A DNA stretch of 64,000 bases from Cycas panzhihuaensis (Eukaryota; Plantae; Cycadophyta), in contig CM041465.1 in the NCBI GenBank assembly GCA_023213395.1, positions 128,099,741 to 128,163,740 of the forward strand. Direction: 5' to 3'. Numbering within the stretch: the first letter of the stretch is position 1; every line of letters starts with the position of its first letter. A model generated the notes under the pieces. That model saw only the letters and a program-made list of their open reading frames with translations, searched no databases and was not told the origin of the DNA. Positions 55,741 through 64,000 of this stretch are shown piece by piece. The translations under genes and the position numbers were made by a program.

Positions 55741-56280
55741 GATTGATAGTAATTTAACATTTATATAAAATGTCTTTTGAAGATATGCATTCTATAAATA
55801 TATTTTTGAGCATGAAGACTCAAGATATATATTATAGTAGCTTAAATATGATAACCCCAAAAAATATAATAATTATAATGATAAGTATAGATGAGGCCCA
55901 ATTTAGGGATAATCAACAATAAATATATAAGTTAAAAAATAATTGATCAACATAGTTTTCAACTAAGGACTCAAAAGAATCTAGATTTTGTGGTAATTTT
56001 CAAGAAGTCTAGTTTATGAGTTAAACCATACACCAAGATATATATGTTGGGATGGATTAATAAATTTATATAGGAGATAATTATATGACAATGTAATATG
56101 TCTCACATTTATGTAGTACATAAGTAAGAGTATTAATTTCAGGTTAGTTATAGTAGCATCATATATGTATAACACCATGTTTAAGAGTGCATAAAGATTA
56201 ATAGTCTACATAATGATTAATAAGTGTATTAGAACTAGGATTAATGGTAGTGGCATTAGATGTAATAGATGCAGTTATAT

Positions 56281-56530
56281 TTTAACTTATTATATGTACC
56301 CTAAGGTAAATTATTCTTCCTCAAGTACACCATCATCAAATCCTTTTATACAAATACCTTGATTCTCCGTCTCAACTAAGCTGTTGCATTATACTTGTCA
56401 CTAGTATCTTATAATTTTCTCTTAACCTCATTGTGCACTACTAAATGTATTCTATAAGGGACTATATATCATCATTTATCCTCTTAATAGGTAATTATAT
56501 AAAATCCAATACCCCCTTAGGGTTCCTTTG
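56281..56530 (-). mobile_element. Ty3/gypsy integrase C-terminal fragment
   Basis: RRRIKVFV*KDLMMVYLRKNNLP*GTYNKLK resembles the gypsy GDLVMVYLRKERFP.GTYNKLK motif. Confidence 0.7.
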
Positions 56531-56569
56531 ATATATTATTTAGAATAATGACTTAACTATAAACCTATT

Positions 56570-59377
56570 TGTTAGAAACACCAAATAAACATACCATTTA
56601 TGTATATAATAAGCACAAAATAAATAAGCACACAACAAAATATATGTGAGAAATATCATGATCAAAACCCATCACCAAACATGGATTATATTGATATAAA
56701 GTCATTAGATAGAAATGGACTTTGCATCCTTATTTATAAATCCATAAGTACCTCAAATATTTACATATCAGATTACATCTATTAACCCAAATAATATCAC
56801 AATTATTACATCATCAATTCATACAATCTATCACTAGATTTATATTAGTTAGGTAAGTGGATATAATACCGCTTTAACATTCCCCTTTAATGTAAATGTG
56901 GGGTCTTAATGTCTTCCCAAGGTTTAGTCTAAATTTTCTCTTTATCCTTATTGACAAATCCCCCCTCAAGGATAATCTCACTAAGACCTAAATTTGTATG
57001 AATCTTGATAAAGTGATCTTCAGTAAGGATTTTGGTGAACATGTCCACAAGTTGCTTTTCATTTGCACAAAACTCAACCTATAACTTCCTTGATCTAATC
57101 TGCTCATGGATGTAATGTTGTTAATTATTGATGTGCTTTGTACATGTGTGAAATTCTAGATTCTTTAAAAGTTTAGTACTACTCTAATTATTAATGTGTA
57201 TAACAAGTGTGCTAGATGATGTCCCAAGAATCTCTAGAAGTCCTTGTAACCATATAGATTCCCTCATACCAACACTTAGTTGTTGGTACTCTGACTCTAT
57301 AGAAGACAAAGCTTTGGTAGATTACTTTTTGGATTGCCATGAGACAAACCCATTTCCAATACCAAAAATATATCCTACAATTGATTTCCTATTTTCCACA
57401 TCTCTACCCTAATTGACATCTATATACCCATGCAAGTTTACCTCTCTACCTTGAAGGTATTCAAGGCCAACATTGAGTGTACCCTTAACATACTTAAAAA
57501 TCCTCTTTGTTGCACCCAAATGTGGCTCTTGGTGATTTTGCATATAATGAGATCCCAATCTAATAACATAAGTAATATTAAGCCTAATATAAGTTAAGTA
57601 AATCAAAATCCCTACTAATTACTGATATAATATCCCATCTATGGCTAACTTATTTATATCCTTTATAAGCTTTATGCCCTTCACACATGGTGTCTTCACT
57701 AGTTTGTAATCCTTCATCCTAAATCTCTCAAGCAGGGATTGAGTATACCTCGATTACAACATCATGATGTAATTATCTATCTACCTAATCTCACTGCCTA
57801 AGAAGTAATAAAGACATCCAAGATCTGTCATATCAAAAGTATGACCCAGATAAGCCTTTGTACCTAAAATAATTTTATTATAGTTTCTTATAAGAATAAA
57901 ATCATCAAAATACAAATCAATAATAACTAGTGTAGTTCCACTCTTTCAAATATAGATATTTAGCTCTAATTATATTGTTACAAAACCATCTTCCTTTAAT
58001 CTAGCATTAATATTTTCATACCAAAAATGTGGTACTTATCTAAATCCATAAAGAGATTTTTTTAAATGTCACATAAGATACTCTTGACCTTCCTTCATAA
58101 AACTAAGAGGTTAGGCCATATAGATCTCCTCTTTCATATCTCCGTTAAGGAATGTTAACTTCATGTCTATTTGACGTAACTCCCAACTAAATTTAACTAC
58201 CAAAGCAAGGATCAATTTGAACATAAATATCTTAGAGATTAGTGTAAATGTCTTCTCATAGTCCTTCTTTTTATTTAAAACCCTATGTAACAAGTCTTAC
58301 CTTATACTTATCTAGAATGATATTTTTTCTTGTAGAAACATTTATAATTGACTAGGTCCTTAGAGGGAGGTAAGGGAACCAAATCTCATGTATCATTCTT
58401 TATGAGTGAGCTATATTCCTCCTCCATTATAACTTTCCATTTCGAATCTTCTTTCACTTCCTAAAAAAAATAGGATCACTAGAATTGTTAATTTCCACCA
58501 CTAAAGTCAAACTAGCACGTTGACTCCTTATTCTCTGACTATCCTCTTTAATCATTATATTAGAGTCCTCAATGGTCCTCTTAGCCCATAATAGAACACA
58601 AGGTATAGATCATGCCTCTTCGTGTAATCTAGATCTTTCTTCTATCTCAACCTCAATGTTAGGCTCATGAACCTCTATATCTGTTAAACCACAACTCGAA
58701 AATAGTAGAAGTGGAGAATAAAATTATCTTTAGATGACCCCTTAACATGATATGTTATTGATTCATCAAACATAGCATCCTAACTAATTAATAGTTTCTT
58801 CTCTTATAGATCCCAAAGTTTGTAAGTGTTACTCTCTTGAGAGTACCCCACAGAAATGCACTTCAAACTCTTATGATCTAACCTTTTTTTATTTGCATAT
58901 GTGATGTGTGTATAAGTAATATACCTAAATATCTTAAAATAATTAATAGAAGGTTTATGACTAGTCTACTATTCTTCATAGGTAATGCCACAAATAGCCT
59001 TAGTAGGGATCCTATTTAAAATGTAAATGGTTATTTTAATAACTTCTACTTAAAACATAGGAGGTAGATTCTTACCACGCATTATGCACCTGACCATCTT
59101 TATCATGGTACTATTCTTCCTTTATACTATACCATTTTGTTGTGAGGTATACAAGATAGTCAATTCTTATTTGATACTATGATTAAAGATATACTAATTA
59201 AAGACATTATTATCATACTCATTTCCATTATCACTCTTTAAAATCTTTATTTTTTTCTTATACTCATTTCAAACACTAGCTTTCCATTTATAAAATCTAT
59301 CAAATGCATCAAACTTATTCTTCAAAAAGAATACCTAGGCTTTTCTATTGAATTCATCTATAAACATAAGAACAAAA
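56570..59377 (-). mobile_element. Ty1/copia element W, 3' part (LTR 56570-56879, PPT, RNase H, RT, integrase), interrupted at 59378
   Basis: TG...CA LTR homologous (inverted) to 4651-4975. ORFs 57409-57606 and 58111-58293 are RT pieces. Integrase FVLMFIDEFNRKA*VFFLK is cut at 59377. Confidence 0.88.
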
Positions 59378-62300
59378 TGAGGATCTGGATGCGCGTCTAT
59401 GGGATAGCTACCTAACAAAATAGGTATGGTAAGAGCGGGTGATAATATGATCAAGGAAGAGACCTATAAGTAAGGTAATGCCCACGCAGGGTGCCCTGTG
59501 CGCCAGAGCGCGAGTTTGAGACCTGTAATGGAATGTGGCTACCAAAGGATGATCCCCCACCACTTCGAACAAGAGGTGAGGAGGCGTAGGGTTAGCCTAG
59601 GTTGACCTAAGGGAAGGATCCTCCCACCCTTGGATGGCCGAAAGGGGAAGGAGAGGAACCTTCAAGGGTTTCCCTAAAGCAATGGGCAATGAAGGAGGAT
59701 AGGCAAGCGGCTGGCCTATAGGCGGGGTCACTTTGGTTATCCGGCGAAGCGGGGGAACCAAATGAAAGTAAGAGGCATGACCCAAGAAGATGGATCAAGG
59801 TATGCCTAAGCAAACTAACCAGGCACACGAGTAATACGGAGGGCAAGAAGCTTGCACGGCTAAGAAAAAGAGGAAAGGTAAAAAGAAGCTGTTCCTATGA
59901 CCTTTCCCTATGAATAACAGAGGTGCATACAATAAAACAAATAAAGCATGAATCGAAAGCAAAGTTAAGTTTCACTTTTGATCTCCAATGAGTTAATTAC
60001 TAAAAAGGAATTCAAAAGGAAAGAGTAGTAGGGTGGAGTGAGGCGTGCACCTGGACCAGGGGCGTGCATGACGAGGGGCCTCCCGACGGACGCCAAACTA
60101 CTCCACGAGGTGCATCAGATGTGAAGCGTCGCGGTGGATTGGAAGAGGGGCTCCCTTACCTTCCCTAGAAAAATACTAAATATAATGCCAAGGAAAGAAA
60201 GGGACTAAATACTAGTGACTGAAGAAGTATGAAAGTACAATATGTGTAAGAGCACTTACCGGCAATGGAACGAGCGGAAAATACCTTTTACGCTCTCCAA
60301 GCACCTGCAAGAAACGACGACCTCCCCCTTTCCGGAGAAAGGGTACTAACATGCAATGACGAGATCCTAACAATATATGTCTATGTAATACAAATATAAA
60401 TTTCAACACATATATGTTAGCGCCAATACAATGATGATAATATATGAAAGAGGACAACTGAAGCGAAAGGAAGGTAACCGATAAGCCTCAGACTGGCCCA
60501 CCTCCCGCAAAGAACACCCTAACCTCCCCCCAAAAGCCACAAGGCAGTGAGGGTAAGGCCAAGGAAGATGGTTGGAAATAGTAACAAGGAGGTGAAGAGG
60601 AGCCAGAGAAGACTTACGGCGAACCAGAATCCTATGAAGAGCAAACCGAGCTGCCAGGAGAAAAGTTGGACAAGAACAAGCGGTTGGGACTTATGTGAGT
60701 CACCCGGACCTAAGCCTAAGCCCTCAAACCAGCACTGCAACGTGTGACGGCACTGATTTCAGCAGCTAAGAGAGGGCCAAAAAACCCTTGTTTAAGTGCC
60801 AAGGACAACACGAGGCAAGAGGGAAGATTTGAGGGGCTTAAAGCCACTTGAGGAGCATGGAAGGTGGTGCGGAATCCACCCAGCTCCTTCCTAAACCCTA
60901 TGCCAATCCTCAGTACCACTGCCTTGAGTAACAAACGCAGGTGAAAGGCACTAAAATAGAGGTGGAACATCCCAATGTAAAGAGGAGAACAAGCCTTACA
61001 AAGACAACAAAGAAATAAGCAAGATAGGGCATCAATAGCACAAGAGAAACAACTCAAATCAATGAATACCTAAATGAAAGAGGAGAGGTGCTTGCCTCAG
61101 CCAAGGGCTGGTAAGGAGAGGTTAAGAAATCAGCCCAGAACTCTGGTGTAGTAGGTTTGGGGCCCTGCTAATGAAGTTGGAAGGAGAACACCTGCACTTG
61201 GAACACTTGAAGACTGCCCGGGGCAAGAATCTACTGAAATCTCTCCAAGGTGTGTGAGGGGCTGGGAAGATGTCCTAGCCACACCGAAGGAGAGCTGGGT
61301 GCTGTAGGAGAGACGCAGGTCCTGTGGTAGCAGTAGGGCAGTAGAGAAGAGCAGAGCACAGCGTCGTTTCCTTGAGCAGCAATCCAAAAAGTGAGCCAAA
61401 AGTTCTTAAAAATGAGTAAAAGTGACTTAAGTACCTAACCCAAACCCTAAAGTGAGTGATTAGGGCGCGGCTGGGAGCGAGTTAAGTCATGAGACACGTG
61501 GAAGTTTTGCAATAAATGTGAAATTTCCATGGCGGATTTTAAAAAATAAGTTAGAATAGTCATACCACCGCAAAATCTGCGATACCATGGATATTCTGGC
61601 AGTACCGCGAAAATCTCAGCAGTACAAACCTAGAGATAAAAACAGGCCCAGCCAGCCAGCCTAGGCTATGGGCAGATGACAAAAAGGACTAATCAGGGGC
61701 AGAGACACCTACCTGGGGGCAAACAAGCCAACAAATGGGTCCAAAAGAGCAAAAATAGGGCTCAAACGGTGTGGCAAGTCAACCAAACGATGACGGGTCG
61801 TCACACGGGCAGAGGTGGGGCAAGCCAAGTGGATCATGGAGCGAGGAGGGCAGAATGCAGGAAGTGGAGTAGCCACGAGGGTGCCACACTCGCTGGGAGT
61901 GTGCCCCTGCTATAGTCGTCATAGGCTAAAATAAGTGTAGATGAAGATAACGTCGTCTACAAAGCCACAAACATGCAGACATATGAGCAAACACCCATCA
62001 GAAGAAAGTAATGACGAGGTGAGAAACATACCTATACTTACCTGAGTCAGTGATTCCGTATCTATTCCTGGAAGCTGGGAAACACTACCCCCTTGACAGC
62101 AGAGCCTCGCCACTCGGAAGCCTGGTGCGATGGCGAATGCTGGCAACACAACTGTTAGTAGCACATGTGTATATAGATATATCAATCAAGATCATAACAG
62201 TAGGCAAGGGTGCCGGCGAGTGTCATGGCGGAACGCATGGATACGAAAGCAGCGGTGGAGATATATAGGGGCTGCCTATGAGCCACCTAAAAACTGACTG

Positions 62301-64000
62301 GAAGAATGAAGAAGGCGAGGGGGCTGCCCCCACCACAAAAGGTGCAGAAAGACGTGCATAATCAAGTGAAAGAGCAAACAAAGGGTAGGCGCCATAGTTT
62401 TACCTCATTAGCAGCCAGGTTTCAGAGGTGCGAACGGGTTGCAAAGCAAAGTGATAGACAATGTAGGGCTTGGGTGACGGGAAGGCCAGACAAGCCTCAG
62501 GGATAGTCAACAAGGAGAGGGAGGCGCCGCTTAAGGATGAGGTGAACGAGACTATCTGCCTCAGCGTTGAGGGCCCGAGGGATATGCTAGATATCGACGG
62601 AAGAGAAATAGGCCAAGAGAGATCTAGTTGTAGAAGCAAGAGTCCTCAAGTGAGGGCATCACACCTGGTAAACTTGGGTGAGATGAGACACCACAACTTG
62701 AGAGTCGTAAAGCAAAACGATAGGTCCGCGATGGAAACAGAGAGCATCGGTAAGGGCTTCAATAACGACTATATACTCGGCTTCATTGTTAGTAGCCTCT
62801 AAGAGGAAGATCCCAGAGCGGAGAAGATTGTGTCCAGAAGGGCTGCAGAGAATCCATGCGAAGGTCGAGGTTCTGCATGGCTTCCACCATCGGTAAAGAT
62901 GTAGATGGACATGGGTGACACAAAATCCTGATAGTCAATAGATAATAAAATGAACACTCAAAAGGCAAGTAAAAAGTGGCTGTGAAGGGTAGGAGGACCT
63001 AGCAATGAGGTTACCCAGGGTAAGAGCGAGCAGTCTGATCACCGACAGAGAGTGGTCGGAGGAAAAAGCCTCCTTAAGGGCCAAAAGGTCGCTTAGGAAA
63101 GTGAAACGTGCCCCCGGGCGGGGCAGCATTCCCTTTGGGAACCCCAAGAGCGAGAAAGAACTACAGAAATGAGTCCAGGGTGACGAAACGAGCCAAACGA
63201 GTATAAACTCGGGCATGCACGGGAGTGGCACGTAAAACGAGATGGAAAGGCCTAAGGAGAAAGGGTGCAAAAATGAGGCACCATAAATGCGCCTGTGAGA
63301 AATTGCAAAAAGGGTGTCAAGAGAGCACAAAGAGCGATAGGGCCAGAAGGCAAAGGCAAACAAGGGAACGGGACGGTCCCAACGGCTGTCACAGGGCCAG
63401 AAAAGGGAGAAGTGCCCGTTGGGGCCCCTGCCTATATAAGGAAATCGAATGGAAAATGGATTCATTTTCACCAGCTCTCGTGTGAAACCAGTGCCATTCC
63501 CTTACGCAGTGGAGTACCACCCAACTTCGGAGGCATGCAGGGAGAGATCAGATCGTTGGATCGGGGATTAGAGAGAGCCACTGGGATTGACAGGACGAGA
63601 TGGCGACAGCGAGACCAGATCCAGTGAGTGGATATCACTAAATCCAACTCGTTTTGAAGTTCAAAATTAATTAGTTTTTAAGGTTTTCATGTGGCTTTAG
63701 TGCCCTCTATGGGCAACCGGAGGTCTCTTGGAGTTTGAGTCAGACCCAGAAAGAGGCGGGGACCTGGGCATTAGGGAGCCCTGGTCCCGGTGGGCCCCAC
63801 GGGGTCCACTAGAAGAATTTTTAGTTTTCAGGGCGGAAATCCCTTTTGGGGATCGTGCTCGTACTGCAGTAATAATCACGGTGCCGCAATCATTACCGTG
63901 GGACCCGTGCTAAACCTAGTGGTACTGCTAAGTTTGGCACGGTACGAAGGCTGAAAAGGACAAAAATACATACAAGGGCCAAGGGAGCCCCAAATCTTAG
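59378..64000. mobile_element. Young GC-rich insertion, probably a very long LTR or non-coding end of a gypsy-type element; continues beyond the window
   Basis: Starts with TG exactly where the copia integrase breaks. Abrupt rise to ~50% GC with abundant CpG. No recognisable pol domains in 4.6 kb. Confidence 0.6.

Larger units (their letters stand above)
19262..56280 (+). repeat. Segmental duplication, copy B (expanded by nested LTR retrotransposons)
   Basis: Same colinear blocks as copy A, interrupted at 26766 and 46100, where copy A shows the single empty target sites (AGAAG at ~7528, ATATT at ~13675). Confidence 0.93.

Noticed and set aside
59597-63913. Many 60-180 aa ORFs in the GC-rich region
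   Set aside because: Expected by chance at ~50% GC. They overlap on both strands and show no recognisable motifs.

Overview
AT-rich (about 30% GC by eye), CpG/CHG-depleted plant nuclear DNA, probably from a large seed-plant genome (a gymnosperm is plausible but unproven). It consists almost entirely of decayed retrotransposons. The backbone is an old direct segmental duplication: copy A (~2262-15699) and copy B (~19262-56280). Copy B has swollen to ~37 kb, largely through three full-length Ty1/copia insertions with LTR pairs, PBS and TSDs (26766-39728, 29457-34766 nested inside it, and 46100-54236); copy A retains the empty sites of the two outer elements. Each copy carries one CpG-retaining, TATA-containing island with a small, apparently intronless minus-strand ORF (9471-9800, open, 109 aa; 41659-41984, frameshifted). 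Most of that ORF diverges roughly neutrally, but the last 10 codons (YTKGSILPIC-stop) differ only by synonymous changes, and the frame into them is restored by compensating indels. This is the best candidate for an undescribed small-peptide gene. The window also holds an L1 LINE 5' portion (1-2230), gypsy remnants, a solo LTR, palindromic repeat arrays, and a young GC-rich LTR-like element running from 59378 off the right end.
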